DNA of 64,000 nucleotides from a virus (Duplodnaviria > Caudoviricetes). Made by a program: the position numbers and the translations under genes. The notes below the pieces were generated by a model that had not been told where the DNA came from, did no database searches, and worked only from the letters and a program-made list of their open reading frames with translations. Each line of letters starts with the position of its first letter. Within the stretch, counting starts at the first letter, position 1. The stretch is from positions 8,040 to 72,039 of IMG/VR virus record IMGVR_UViG_3300046170_000454. One strand, given 5' to 3'. Below are positions 44,201 to 56,911 of the stretch, one piece after another.

Positions 44201-47200
44201 TAGGCAGATATTTATCCGCATAGATGAAGTGGATCAGACTCCTTATATCCTCAATAAAGGTGTGGCTCTTGGTGACGTAGCAGACAACCTCGTCCTGCCT
44301 AGCTTGAACGCGGATAAAGAAACTCTCGCAGATTTCATCTTGAATATCGGAAGTAGGGAGTTTAATAAGTTTTTAGGTAATCTTAATCGGGTTGAAGTGT
44401 TCACGGATGACGAGGCGGTCATCGAATATCTCCCCACAGGAGAGCTGAGAGTAGGTTTAGAGATCGTAACGAACCTCGCTGACAGCGTGGTGTATTACAG
44501 CGAGTCTTTCTCTGTTGATGTCTTAGAGCTAGACCCACACAATGGTGTGGTTAATACGCAGGCAACCTCTGCTTACTTTGTTGAGGTGCTGATTGAGGGT
44601 GCAGACTTTAAAGCTAACTCTCTCGCAGGGAGCTTCCAGCTCTCAAAGCCTCTTGTGAAAGATCAAGAGATAGAGGTCACGTATCAACCTGGTGATATAG
44701 ATGGTAGAGCCACTTCGGAAGATCGGATTACTAAGAAGCTCCCATTCTTTATTAAAAGCGAAAGCGCCCAAAGAAGCTCTCAGTACACGTATGAGTTTAA
44801 CCTTAATGGCTTGCCACTCGATACGAGCTTTGAGCCTGTCGTTTACGTAGAGGCTAATCTCGAAAACTATAGAGGAGCTCAGACGGTTACGATTAGCGAT
44901 GGGAGGCTAGACTTCAACCGCTCTATAACAGGCGGCAGACCTGTAACCGTCACATATGCTGTTTTCTCAGCTCAGGGTGGAGAGATTATATTCACGCTAG
45001 GAGAGCCTTACTACCATGAGCCTTTCTTCTTAGCGGTTGACCAAAGGCTCTTTAAGCTCAAGGGAGATAGGACTGAGATTAGCGCAGGTAAGCTCTTAAG
45101 ATTAGGAGCGTCTACTCTTTACGTGACTTCTAGCGTTTATGACGCTGACGCAAATGAGACTTCCGTTGAGATCACCCCTACTCCTACAAAAGAGCTCGGC
45201 TCCCGCTCTGCAAGCAACCCTGAGTTGATGCTCATCACAGACCGTTCCGTCACAGAGTCTTTCCTAGTGCCTTTTGAGGAAGCCTTCAACCTCAGCAACC
45301 CTCCCGTGTTCGCGCCCGTGTCTAGGGGCGCAAAGAACCTTACCCTTTTCGGTAACTTCCTAGAGTACGCGATTACGGGGAATGTACTTGAGGTAGGCGG
45401 AGACTCCTTTATCATCGCTTCAGCAACCGTTTCTGAAGACGGCAACCAAACCACGATAGAGTTGACGGACATATTTCAGAAAGGGTACTCCAGCTCGGAC
45501 TCCCTTAAGATTAGCAAGACACCTATATACCAAAAGAATACCCCCATCGTTGTAGGCAAGGGTGCTTATCTAACGTCAAACCCTTACACCCTCATACGCT
45601 TAAACAGTGAGGGTATCGGTGAAGCTCTGCGCCAAGACCTCGATTTCACCATAAACCCCTCCACAGGGGATATGGCTTTTGACTCTAACCACTTTAAAGG
45701 CTTCGATGCTGGAGACGAGCTATTCGGAGCGTTCAGCTTAATCAAAGCGCCTTCTCCGTATTTCCGAGACGGGGTGCTTGTAAGCCCCTTATTAGGCATC
45801 TCTTACATTAAAGTCGTATCTCCTGAAGAGAACAATGGGTTCATCTTGAAAGGCAAGTACGAGTACGTAGACCCTGACGGGTTTTACTTCCGCGCTTTAC
45901 CACTCAAGGAGTTTGCGAAAGAGGTCTTAAGCGAAGACCGAGAAAAGAACCTTAATACCTTCGGCTCTTTTCTCGCCTCAGCGCCTGACGAGAGTAACGA
46001 TAAAGGTGTATCAGGCATACTCTCGACCCGCACAAGGATTAAAAATAAGGAGCGCGTAGCTCGATCTTTCCTGAGCTTCTACCATAATGTAGTGTGTTCT
46101 CTTGAGCAGATGGTAGAGACTTCAGAGGGTGTCTTCATTGGTGATCGAGACGGTAAACTCAAGTTTAATATTAGGCGAGAAGACCGCGTAACCGAGACAC
46201 CTGGCTTCGAGAACCTGATCGAAGGCTCTTACACGCCAAGAATACTCTTCCGAGAGGCATTCTCAGCGGTGTCTAACTCGCCTTACATTCCTATTAGCAG
46301 TGACCCGCTCTTGCGCCCGCACATTACACCCTCTTTGATTGACGGTGTTGTGTTTGACGACCAAGACATGACCTCTAGCGAGATTAAAAGACTTACGAAT
46401 GATCAGAAGCGTTACGTAGAGAACGATGTTGATGACATTGTGCTTGTAGGCACTCGTAAAAAAACAATAAAAATCAACGGCGATAAGAAAAGCACTCTTA
46501 GGGGAGTCTATAAGAGGCTAGGTGAGCTCCATAAGCTCTCAAGACTCTTCCCTCAAAGAGCTCAGGGATACGGTCAAATCTACAAAGGCCACGTTTCAGA
46601 CGAATACCCTAACGACGGTATCTTTACGGCAGGTCGAGTTGTTGAGACAGGGCGCGGTGTTTTTGATTATGGGTGGGCAGATACAAATGGGAATGTAATC
46701 GGTCAGCTTCAAAACAACGTAATAGGAGAAGTGAGCGCGGTTACAGACGCTACTCTAAGAAAGCGGTTTCCGAGAGCGCGTGTTGTAAGTTACTCACCTC
46801 ACGGGTTTCCTGAGTTAGACACATCCTTAGGACTTGTCGGCGCGGAGTCCTTCTCAGTGACTCCTAGACCTGCAATCTTAGCCACTCCTCTCCTAATCAA
46901 AGATTTCCCCCTAGATGAGAACGAGCTACCTGACCTTACCAAACTCATCTCTAACGGAGGCTCTTTAAGTGATTTGACAACAGGGGATGTGGAGTTATCT
47001 ACCCCAGAGTTTAAGGCAGGCGATACTCTAAACGTAGGGTATGCGAACGGGCAAATCATTAACCTTAGAGATGTTAAATACGTCGAGATACAGGACGAGC
47101 CTGTATACGCCAAAGTATCGGTAAGAAATATCTATGCTGGATGCGTAATCGACTTAAAGAGCGAGGAGTCAGACCCTGTTGAGCGTGTTCAAGACATCTC

Positions 47201-50200
47201 TAGCCTTAGAGAAGGAGCTGTCATCTCCGAAGGCGATACCCTCTTCGCGGAAGCAACACAGCCTTCCAGCGATGCAGGTATTAGCCCTACGATAGAAGAG
47301 ATGGTTCTCGTCTCCTCTTTCTCGGATACTTACAGAGCAGGTTCTGATTTCACGCTCCGCTCCAACGGGGAGATCGCAGACCGATCTCTACCTAGCCTAG
47401 AAGACACAGTACCTTTTCCTCTAAAAGAAATGTTAGGTCAAACTCCCCCTACACCTGGGATGTTCTATGACGCGAATATCTCTTTTTCGTATAGCGATAT
47501 CGAGCCCCTAAGATTACCTGCGCTCTTTAGTGAAGATAAGTCTGATAGTGGGGACTACCCCGTACCTTACCTCTCAAGTCCTTCTGTAGAGAAGATTAGG
47601 TTGAGAGCACTCCAAAAGAAGCTCCAAACGGTTTTAGACCAAGATAACGCTACGGTTACTCAGTCAGATTACCCTGACGAGATTGTTGAGCGTTCCGCTG
47701 TACCTAACGACATGGGTATCTTAGAGTTTTCAAGATCACTGCTCCCAGTAACGGACGCAGGGGCTTACATCCCTAAAAGCGGTGTTGCAGACGCGGAGCC
47801 TTATGACCTAATGCTCTCAGAAACATTAGAGGGCTCTACGTTAGGTAGTAGAGGCATTCTTTCGGTAGGCAGAGTAGACTCTAATAGCGTTGAGCCGCCT
47901 AGATATGTAAGCCACACAGAGATCGGCAATAAGATTTCTTACGTTTTAAATAACGCGCTTGCTTACGAAGACCCAGGGCCACTTCTCAGGGGTAGCTGTA
48001 CGTCGCGTCTATGACGCTGTGTTGAATGTTTATGTGTATACCTTCAAAATCGAGTCTATCGGAGGTTTAGACCTTACACCGTTTGAAGACTTATGGCTTA
48101 ACGCAGAGTTTGGCACAGTTATCGAGATTAATCTCTATAAACGAGACATAGACCCTTTCGTCGCGGTAAACGAGGGCGAGATTGTTGATACGATTAGGCT
48201 CACTAAAACTACACCGTCAGGCAGTGTCACAGGCAGTGTACAAAGAATAAGCGCAGACGGAACAGTCAGTGCGGGTTTCGCACTATTGTTCGGTAGCTTC
48301 TCGTTTCAAACAAACCTTGTCATTACCACCGCTACTTTGGGCTCTCCTCTCATTGACCCTAGCCATTACTTCCATAAAGTGACTTCGGGCGCTAACTTCT
48401 TCGTCTCTAACCCTAATGACAGTGAGGGTCATTTAGACTTCAGCGTTAACATTAGAGCCAGCTCCCGTACCGCTAATATTGAAGAAGACAGACTCACCTT
48501 TACAGAGGTGTACCCTCTCTCTCACGCGGGCGAGCGTGGGCGTATGCACTCTATAAGCGGCCTTTCTTTAGAAGCAACGCTTGATGTAGAGCAAGTTGAG
48601 ACAGGGCTTACAGGAAACCCTGATAGCTCAGTAAACTCTGCCTTAGAGGTTAACGGAGGCAACCCTCTTACCTTTAAGAGAAGGACACTTGACCACCTCG
48701 GTGTAGGCATCTATGGCGCTACCAGCGCAAGGTGGGGTTTGAGGGCTCACGGTTGGGAGGGTTCGGGTAACCAGCCCGTTAAGAACATCTTAGAGGCTTC
48801 TAATGAAACTGTCAGCGTGTCTGTGATCCCTAGCTCAGAACCTGTGGTGGTTGGTACTGTCTTAGCAGAAGACCTCGCTAGCTCGAACTCAGACTTTATC
48901 CTCAAGGACGTGACACTTTCTTCAGGTGCTCTCGACGGTATTGAAAAGAGTGATGTACTTAAGATTAAAAGCTCTGCGGTGGCTGGCTACCCTTGCACCA
49001 CAAAATCAGGCTCTTACTTGATTAGGGGCGTTGTCCCTGCTGACGCGGGCTTAGATTATGGTACTTTTGAGAAAGACCCGCCCGTAGTATCTGTCTTCCC
49101 GCTCTTCAAAGAGATTACTTCATCAGGAGGCACATACTCGATTACGGTACAAGAGCCTATCAACGACCCTCAATCGTATCGGTATTTCTTCCCTGTAGTA
49201 AGTGGACGTGTTCACATCATAACGGACTTTAGGAAGCTCTACTCAGGAAGCTCTACTGATCTCCGCTACGCAATCATTTGTGCAGACTATGTGCTCATTG
49301 AGAATAATATTACGTTTAAGACACTCTCAAATTTTAGAGATGCCCTAGGTAACGTGATACCCTCTAACGACTTCGCAGACCTTTTGACTAATCTGCGAGG
49401 TGCTCACATATCGGGGATGACCTCTCTACCTCTTGATTTTGATTATGCTGAGGGCTTCACACCACAGGGCTATCATGACCCCGCGAGCTCCTTTTACGGG
49501 GTCGAAGAAATGACATTTAACACCATAAACGGAGACACTCTTGATTTCTCTGTAGGCAGACCTGTTGATGCGACAGGCGGTAGCCTTGGTACTCTAGTAG
49601 GCGAGTTAGCCGTCCAGCCTTTTACTAACGTAATCTTAGAGGAATGGCGGAAAAGATATTCAGGGCCATATCTTTATAATAATACTCCGAGTAGCTTCAA
49701 CCTCAGCTATCTTACAGATGCTCAATGGCTCACATTAAACAACCCAAGAGGTGTGTTAATCACGAACCCTGCCGAGAGCGCTCTGCGGTGTTTAAGTCCT
49801 TTCGACACTTTCACGGCTACTTACCGAGCAACCGCTGGTATCTATCTTGAGCCTACAATACCTCAGCCCATTCAAGACTTAGGTGACGGAACAACTCAGA
49901 GAGTGGTTGACGAGCAGAACACTAATAACCCTCTGAACCTTAATCTTAAGCTAGGGCTAAGGTCTTTATCGAGTTTTGTCCCTGCGGCTATCCCCACAGA
50001 GAAAGAATATGTCAACTTTGAGGTGTCTCATATTAGGCGCTTCCACGAAGCGAACAATTCTATAAAAACGGATGCTTCTGAGCTTTCTTACATCTACGAG
50101 ATGAGAAGAGCTAACAGCGTCTCCTTTGTTGACGGCGCTAACGGATTAAAGACAGTTTTCGAGTCTAACGGAGGCACTCAACTGGGGCTCTTTACAGACT

Positions 50201-51585
50201 ACAGCGTTAATATTAATGCAGGGGACGAGTTAAGGGTAAAACGTAGAGGAGTCACCGTTTTCCAGTCTAAGATTACAAAAGTAGAGGCTGAGCGCCTTTA
50301 TTTAGAGCTAGATTGGGAGCTCGACGCAGACCACACATATGATGAAGCGGTAGTCTTATTAAAACAAGCTCCCATACCTCATCAGCAGTCTTGCGAAGAG
50401 CTTTTAGACGCAATCACAGACTCTGTTAGAGTCACCATGACGGCAGAGGCTGGATTTGGAGGTTATACCCCTTGGCGCACAAACTATGAGGACTCTATCA
50501 ATTTCTTAAAGGACAATAATACGGATCGGGATGTATCAGACCCTCTTTACCTTAACTATGTCGATGAGGGTGTCGAAGAGGGTGATATTGTGATTATTGA
50601 CCCTGCGGGTGTTCTAAACGATTTAGGAGAGCAAGGGGCTCGACCTTTCGGAGACATTGGAGTGCCAGGTCGCTTAGACTCTCTTGGCAATCCTGTACAC
50701 CAAGCGGGCTCCCCTAGCCCTTACGATGACAACCGAGGCTTTTACAAAGTATTAAGCGTGAGTCCTACGGAGTTAACGGTTACTTCTCTCACGGGTGTTG
50801 TAGGTAACTCCGCGTTTGGGGACGTGATTGAAGACAGTGGCGATAATCAACGCGCTTTTACAGTGTACCCTACCGTCAACGGTAGCCTTTTGTCAGACAA
50901 TGGGCTAGAGGGTCAAATGGATTTAAGACCTACAGAGTATGCTGACTCAAATACGCTTTCTTTTGGAGGCAACTATCTCTCAGTAGCGCCGTACTCCTAC
51001 AAGATCATCAAGCCTACAGGGTTACTCTCCGAAAATGCGGTAGGTCAAATCCTATTGCTTAGAGAGCGCACGTTATCGCTTGTGGATCAGATCAGGGCTC
51101 TCTATGCGAATAAGAAATACGGAACATACCGAGACTTCCAAGAAGAGGCACACGCTCAAGATGTAGGGTCTAACGTCGATCCTACAATAGGTTTAGGAGT
51201 GGCTTTGAATGTTCTCGTTGAGGATGTGAGAGGTCAAGTGAGTATCGCCCCTTACGTTAATGACTCAGACTGCTTAAGTATCCTAGACAGGCGCGTATTT
51301 ATTGAAGACTCCGACCTTGACAATGAAACTCCTACAGGGTCTGCTGAGCCGTATACTCTTTTCGAGGATGATTTCAACCAGCCTTCGATGCTTACGAGGA
51401 TTAGTGAGCTTCTAAACCAAGGTGAAGACTTGTTAGAGTCTCGATATTCTTGGCTAGATTACAGAGTTAATCGTAAAGACGGGAGTTTCCAAGAGCTTCT
51501 CAGATACGATATTTTTGAGCTTCCGCGTCGGCAAAAGGAAGCGATAAACCGAGCTAAGAGACTCGCTACTAACTTGGAGGACTAG
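41232..51585 (+). CDS. Giant putative virion protein (~3450 aa), split by a single-base insertion at 47972-47978
   Basis: The 2260-aa and 1208-aa ORFs join as ...AYEDPGHFSGVAVRR... if one G is removed. Acidic, beta-rich composition. Confidence 0.65.
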
Positions 51586-51588
51586 ATT

Positions 51589-51786
51589 ATGTCAGGAAAC
51601 GATAAAGACTCATGGGGCAAGCTAGACAAAGACCTCCAGTTAAAAGACCTCCCTGCGGGCAAAGAATATTACGAGCGCCTCTTACAACTTAAAAAGTTTT
51701 TTGAAGGACAGGTAGAGATTGAGAAGCAAAAGCTGATCAACGCGAAAATCCAAATCCACAAAATAAAAAACGGTGGAGGTAAGTAA
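51589..51786 (+). CDS. Small hypothetical coiled-coil protein
   Basis: 65 aa, GGAGG RBS, stop overlaps the next start (TAATG). Confidence 0.65.
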   Translation: MSGNDKDSWGKLDKDLQLKDLPAGKEYYERLLQLKKFFEGQVEIEKQKLINAKIQIHKIKNGGGK

Positions 51787-53915
51787 TGGCGGAGCAGTTA
51801 AACGAGTGGGGCAAAGCTGATCTTATCGTCCCTGACTTCCTTAAAGACGTTAGGGATGGGGTAAACGAGGTAGCGGAGTTTTTGCTAACGGTACTAAACA
51901 TCGCCAACGACGTATTAGACCTCATTAAAAACTTTGTCTTCGACTTCGCTAATCCGATTAACCTCATCATTAAAGAGCTTCTCGGTTTAGTTAAGTCTTT
52001 ACTCGATGATCTCCGTAACTTGGGTGTTTACGTATATAAAGACATACCCACTAATGTTTCTAACGTATTTCTTCAAGAGAGACTCGAAGGAGGGTACGAA
52101 GGATTTGAAGGTCGCTTAACAGGGGCAATGCTTAACAGCTCAGACCCGAACAACCCTGTGTTCTTGTTTAGCGAGAACACTAGCTTATTCGCGCTGTTTT
52201 TTTATTACAGTGCGCCCGCGAGTTTAGTGCATAAATTCGTAAAGACCGTTAATGAGATAGACTCTTACTTCCTAGGCTCAAAAACTCCTGAGATCACGGC
52301 GTTAGCGACAGACCTCAGTTTTTCTTATCTGCAAAAGGTAGGGGATCGCTACTCTAATATTAAGAGTAGCGCAGGTGTCACTGACAGTGGTCTGCCTGCT
52401 GATGCGGTTAAGATCAGTTGGCAATACCCTGAGGGCGCACCCGTACCTGAAAAGGCTTTTATAGATATCTCAGCCTATAAAAAAGGCTTAATGCCTGTAG
52501 TAAGCACAGCAGGGCCACCCCATACGACTAGTACAAGCCCTCTCCTCCAAACCTGCATAGACTCTAAAGGTAGGCAGATTGTACTTTATGGAGGTCACGC
52601 GTTAAGTGAGCTTCAAGGGAAAAATGTAAGCCTCTTTACTCAGATAGATAAGCCTGGATTTGAATATAGAGACATCGGTAAGTACCAAGTCACTAAAGAA
52701 ATAGATTTATCTAGCTTCAGCGGTTTCTCTTTAAGCGACACGGTGTCTTACAATCTTGAGTTTAATGATTTGCCCCGTGGCGATGGTAGCTTAAGCGCAT
52801 TTTATGTCCGTGTACGTACAGGGGAAATTGAAGATAGCACCAACGCATGGACGTATCCTGATGCTATATCAAAACCTTTAGAGATTAAAGTACCTAAAGA
52901 CCTCAGTAAATTTGCACAGCTCATTGAATATAGTTTGGTCGTTGCTATGGTGTGTAAAAATACAGAGTTGGCTCGAACTAGTTCTTCTTTACAGAGAACC
53001 CTGAAGACTTACGAGGTGTCTTTTAGGGGGCTTAACAAGATTACGGACATTGACGATTATGAAAACTCGTTAAAAAAGATCAGCTCTGACCTCTCCAAAG
53101 AGCTCTTAGAGAGGTTTACGATGCTTCCTGAGCAGACTCGAAGTAGGATGGTTGAGTTATACCTTACAAAACTTTATCAATTTTGGTATTCACTCTGGAT
53201 TGTAGGAACGCTAGTACCTTCAGGGGCTCTCTACGTTGACGGAAGAAAGCTCGCAAAAGTGCGTGAAGTCTCAAAACCGTTGCTGGCACAAGGTATAAAA
53301 AACACAGGCTTCGCTGTCTATTACCCTGATCAGTCCCAACAAAAGCCTGTTTACGAGTTACTACAGGGACAGTATAGCGTAGCCTTGAAAGGTGCTGAAG
53401 TAATACTTAACATGGTTAGCTCTTCCACAGTTCCTGAGAGCGCATGGGAAGCCTATCGAGTGTTTCCTAGAGTATTCCCTGATGTAGAGGATATCCTCCA
53501 GCAAGTTAATGATTTCTTCGAGACTCTCCTAAAAGGGTTTAAAGGGATCGTAGAGAAGATTATAGATTACATCGAAGCTATACAGAGCCGTATCGCTGAG
53601 CTTCAAAACTTCATCTTAAGGATAACAGCGCTCTTAAACGCTCTTTTAGTCAGAATAGGCTCAGTAAGTAGTTTTAATGTCCTGCTTGTAGAAGCAAAAG
53701 GCGGTCAGGACTTAATGACTAACTTTTTAAATGCAGACAACAAACCTGCTGACGACGTGAGGGATCTCTCCGCTGGTGTAGGGCTTGTCTTTGGTGGTGT
53801 GCCTACACTCCTAATCGACACCTTCAAGTTTATTAAAGAAAACGTCGTTAGTGAAGGAGAGCAAGGGAGCGACACCGAAGAGCTACCTGCGTTACCTGAC
53901 GGATTGGAGTTTTAA
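51786..53915 (+). CDS. Hypothetical protein, probably virion-associated, with helical ends
   Basis: 709 aa, GGAGG RBS, amphipathic helical N- and C-terminal regions. Confidence 0.6.
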   Translation: MAEQLNEWGKADLIVPDFLKDVRDGVNEVAEFLLTVLNIANDVLDLIKNFVFDFANPINLIIKELLGLVKSLLDDLRNLGVYVYKDIPTNVSNVFLQERLEGGYEGFEGRLTGAMLNSSDPNNPVFLFSENTSLFALFFYYSAPASLVHKFVKTVNEIDSYFLGSKTPEITALATDLSFSYLQKVGDRYSNIKSSAGVTDSGLPADAVKISWQYPEGAPVPEKAFIDISAYKKGLMPVVSTAGPPHTTSTSPLLQTCIDSKGRQIVLYGGHALSELQGKNVSLFTQIDKPGFEYRDIGKYQVTKEIDLSSFSGFSLSDTVSYNLEFNDLPRGDGSLSAFYVRVRTGEIEDSTNAWTYPDAISKPLEIKVPKDLSKFAQLIEYSLVVAMVCKNTELARTSSSLQRTLKTYEVSFRGLNKITDIDDYENSLKKISSDLSKELLERFTMLPEQTRSRMVELYLTKLYQFWYSLWIVGTLVPSGALYVDGRKLAKVREVSKPLLAQGIKNTGFAVYYPDQSQQKPVYELLQGQYSVALKGAEVILNMVSSSTVPESAWEAYRVFPRVFPDVEDILQQVNDFFETLLKGFKGIVEKIIDYIEAIQSRIAELQNFILRITALLNALLVRIGSVSSFNVLLVEAKGGQDLMTNFLNADNKPADDVRDLSAGVGLVFGGVPTLLIDTFKFIKENVVSEGEQGSDTEELPALPDGLEF

Positions 53916-53916
53916 G

Positions 53917-54777
53917 ATGAGCTTTAACTTTTTAGGTACATTCCGTGAGGGCTCATGGAGAGCTTTCCGAAAGTTTGTTGGCGAAGCAAGGCGAGATGCC
54001 ACTAGAAGGCTAGCTTCAATCGACGCTGAGCAAAAGAGGATAGGGGAAGTGATTGTCCTTTACGAAGACCTCCCTACCGATCCTACAAAGAAAACAGAGC
54101 GCCGTTTAGGTCTTGTAGTGGATAGCGGGTCTTCTATCCATAAGCTCATACAGGCTTATGTCGCAGTCGGCGGTAACCCTTTCGACATCTCAATGTTCTT
54201 AGGGCCTGACAGCACTGTACCTTTAAAAGATGAAAGCTCAGGTAAAACAGTTTACTATCAAAGGTATCCCTACGGGGGAGTAGCTTCTCCTCAATCAAAA
54301 GACCCTACAAAGCAAACCTTAGACTTAAAAGGCACGCTACCTTTCCACAAATACCATCAAAACAAGACAGGGCGGAGAGGCCATTATTGGGATCAAGCCA
54401 AAGAGGTAATGATCTCGGTTTCTCAGATTAGAGAAGTGTTCCCTCAAGAGATTAAGATTAGACGCAACGAGCTAGAGGCGCGTATTATCAAACTCTGCGA
54501 CCTATACGAACAGCTCGAACAAGAAAAAGATTTAATCTTAAGGCGCTTAGGAGACTCCCCTAACATCGTCACCGCTGAGACTTTCGAGGAAAAAGACCTA
54601 GATTTCTCCGTAGCCCGTAATCTTAAAGTGATAGATAAAAACTTTTACGAAGACGGTCTACTTCCTGATCCCCGCGAGCCAGGCTACGATAAGCTCTCCC
54701 CTCGCCCTTATTACTCATTACTAGATAATATAGAGCAAGATGACGGGACTTACCCTGAGCATTGGTCTGCTCTGTAA
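53917..54777 (+). CDS. Hypothetical protein
   Basis: Start moved to ATG 53917 (MSFNFLGTF) with GGAG RBS, just after the upstream stop. Confidence 0.65.
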   Translation: MSFNFLGTFREGSWRAFRKFVGEARRDATRRLASIDAEQKRIGEVIVLYEDLPTDPTKKTERRLGLVVDSGSSIHKLIQAYVAVGGNPFDISMFLGPDSTVPLKDESSGKTVYYQRYPYGGVASPQSKDPTKQTLDLKGTLPFHKYHQNKTGRRGHYWDQAKEVMISVSQIREVFPQEIKIRRNELEARIIKLCDLYEQLEQEKDLILRRLGDSPNIVTAETFEEKDLDFSVARNLKVIDKNFYEDGLLPDPREPGYDKLSPRPYYSLLDNIEQDDGTYPEHWSAL

Positions 54778-54791
54778 AGGAAAGAAAACTT

Positions 54792-56510
54792 ATGTGTGGT
54801 ATATTTGGATCAACAGGACACAAAGACTCGTATAAAGTCGTTAGAGAAGGGCTCTTAAAGCTCGCATATAGGGGCTACGATAGCGCAGGGATAGCCAGCT
54901 CAACTTCGACCTCAGCGGTGGTTTTAGAGAAGACTATGGGGCATCCTGAGAACCTTCCTGAAGAAGGCTCATCTACCCAATCCGCTATAGGGCATAACCG
55001 ATGGGCGACTCACGGGAAACCTTCAGAGCAAAATGCTCACCCACATATGTCTATGAACGGTAAGGTGTTCCTTGTTCACAACGGGATCATTGAAAATCAC
55101 CTTACCCTTAAAGAACAACTTTCAAAAGAAGGCTACCACTTTTACTCTGAGACAGATACAGAGGTTATCCCCAACCTTATTGAGAGAGAGTACAAGCTGT
55201 CGGGTAACCCTCTCAAAGCGATTGAGGACGCGATTGCGCTCTTAGAAGGCTCTTTTGCTATCGTGTGCTTCTTTACGCACCAGCCTCTTAACTTGTTTGT
55301 AGCTAAGAAGGGAAGCCCGCTCGTATTAGGCGCTACTCAAACCTTAAGCTATTACATCTCCTCAGATAAGAACAGCTTACCTGAAGATACTTTCTTATAT
55401 GCCGACCTACCTGAGTGTTGTGCGGTGGAGATTTCAGCAGGGGATCAGGTTAAAGGTGTGATGTTCCAACCTTTTGAACACACAGATAACAACTATAGGC
55501 TAGACGGTTACAAAGACTACATGTCCAAGGAGATTGCTTCGCAAGAAACCTCCATCCCCATGTTTATGAGCGCAAAAAATCCTTGTTACATAAGAGGTCT
55601 TTTCAAAGGTAAGGATCAGGTTATTATTACAGGTTGTGGCAGTGCTCTATATGCTTCCCACATGGTTTCGAGTGCTCTTGAAGCACGCTACAAAATACCT
55701 GTAAGAGTCTTAAGCGCGGGAGAGCTTCAGTACGACAAGCACATCGCAGTAGGTGAGAAGACCTTGCTCATCGCGGTATCTCAATCAGGAGAGACGGCAG
55801 ACACTCTCCGATGCGTAAAGAAGCTCGGCCTAACCTCACTCGCTATTCATAATACAAAAGGATCAAGCCTGGATAGGTATTGCAACGCTTCCCTCTATAT
55901 TGAAGCAGGGCAAGAGATTAGCGTAGCGTCTACTAAAGCTGTTACACACCAGGCTATCGCGCTCTTGTCCTTAGCGTATGATCTTAGAGATTACGCAGAG
56001 ACTTTCCCCTTAAGAGAAGTTTTCTTATCCTCCCACAAACTAAGTATTCTCGCTAAAGAGATAAGCACCGCTAAGAACCTAATGGTAGTAGCTAGAGGTA
56101 CTCTTATCTCTAGCGCATTAGAGACTGCTCTTAAGATTAAAGAGATATGTTACATACACGCTGAAGGTATGAGCGCGAGCGAGTTTAAACACGGCCCTCT
56201 AGCACTTATAGACGAGCGCACGCCAACGCTTGCTTTCGTGGACAAAGAGAGCGAGAATAAAACGGTGTCTAACATACAAGAGATTAAGGCGCGGGGCGGG
56301 CTCGTATACGGTGTTGTAGATGAAAAGTGCTCTAAAGAAACTAAATCAGTTTTTGATTATTACGTCGAGATACCTTGTTCAGACTTTACCTTCCTTAATC
56401 CCATTCTCTTTACTATTTGCGGTCAACTCATCAACTACCACATCGCTACAATACTCGGTGTGAACGTAGACCGTCCACGAAACCTCGCTAAAAGCGTTAC
56501 AACGGAATGA
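54792..56510 (+). CDS. glmS: Glutamine--fructose-6-phosphate aminotransferase (isomerizing)
   Basis: True start MCGIFG (catalytic Cys1) at 54792. YRGYDSAG, GHNRWATHG, NAHPH, HNGIIEN, SETDTEV, SQSGETAD, VASTKA, EFKHGPLAL and C-terminal DRPRNLAKSVTTE. Confidence 0.96.
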   Translation: MCGIFGSTGHKDSYKVVREGLLKLAYRGYDSAGIASSTSTSAVVLEKTMGHPENLPEEGSSTQSAIGHNRWATHGKPSEQNAHPHMSMNGKVFLVHNGIIENHLTLKEQLSKEGYHFYSETDTEVIPNLIEREYKLSGNPLKAIEDAIALLEGSFAIVCFFTHQPLNLFVAKKGSPLVLGATQTLSYYISSDKNSLPEDTFLYADLPECCAVEISAGDQVKGVMFQPFEHTDNNYRLDGYKDYMSKEIASQETSIPMFMSAKNPCYIRGLFKGKDQVIITGCGSALYASHMVSSALEARYKIPVRVLSAGELQYDKHIAVGEKTLLIAVSQSGETADTLRCVKKLGLTSLAIHNTKGSSLDRYCNASLYIEAGQEISVASTKAVTHQAIALLSLAYDLRDYAETFPLREVFLSSHKLSILAKEISTAKNLMVVARGTLISSALETALKIKEICYIHAEGMSASEFKHGPLALIDERTPTLAFVDKESENKTVSNIQEIKARGGLVYGVVDEKCSKETKSVFDYYVEIPCSDFTFLNPILFTICGQLINYHIATILGVNVDRPRNLAKSVTTE

Positions 56511-56511
56511 T

Positions 56512-56838
56512 ATGAACCCCTATATTCTCCCTGCATTAGGGCTTTGCTTTGCCAACGTAATCTTTTGGTATAAGGGCAACGCTAAAGAAATCTACGGCTT
56601 TGACTGGACTCCCTTTAAGTGGTGGCTCTACACTAGCCTCTTCACTAACTATATCACCCTTCACGCTTGGTGGAGGCTGATAGAGGTCGGTGACGTATGG
56701 AAAGCAGGAGTTACATGGGGCTTGTGTAGCCTCACAATAGACCTCATCCTTAACACAGCCTACTATGGATTAAATTGGCGCGGTATCGTGGCGCTCTTAT
56801 TATGCGCTCTCGCGGCTCTTATTGCACACAGCGGGTGA
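56512..56838 (+). CDS. Small membrane protein with about four hydrophobic helices (SMR/DMT-like size and topology)
   Basis: 108 aa with four hydrophobic segments, immediately after glmS. Confidence 0.55.
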   Translation: MNPYILPALGLCFANVIFWYKGNAKEIYGFDWTPFKWWLYTSLFTNYITLHAWWRLIEVGDVWKAGVTWGLCSLTIDLILNTAYYGLNWRGIVALLLCALAALIAHSG

Positions 56839-56911
56839 TTACACTAATAGTAACTCAAAGTATTCGCAAATGCACATTAGAAGCTCTTCTGAGTAATAAC
56901 ACGACATAAGA

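Noticed and set aside
1996-54777. Bacterial eCIS, tailocin or T6SS locus
   Set aside because: No Afp15-like AAA ATPase or T6SS membrane genes are recognisable, and gene sizes plus the flanking helicase and small hypothetical genes fit a jumbo phage better. Capsid and terminase genes are not in the window, so this is not fully excluded.
263-54823. Numerous short antisense or alternate-frame ORFs nested in long genes
   Set aside because: They are shadows of the coding strand without RBS or recognisable motifs.
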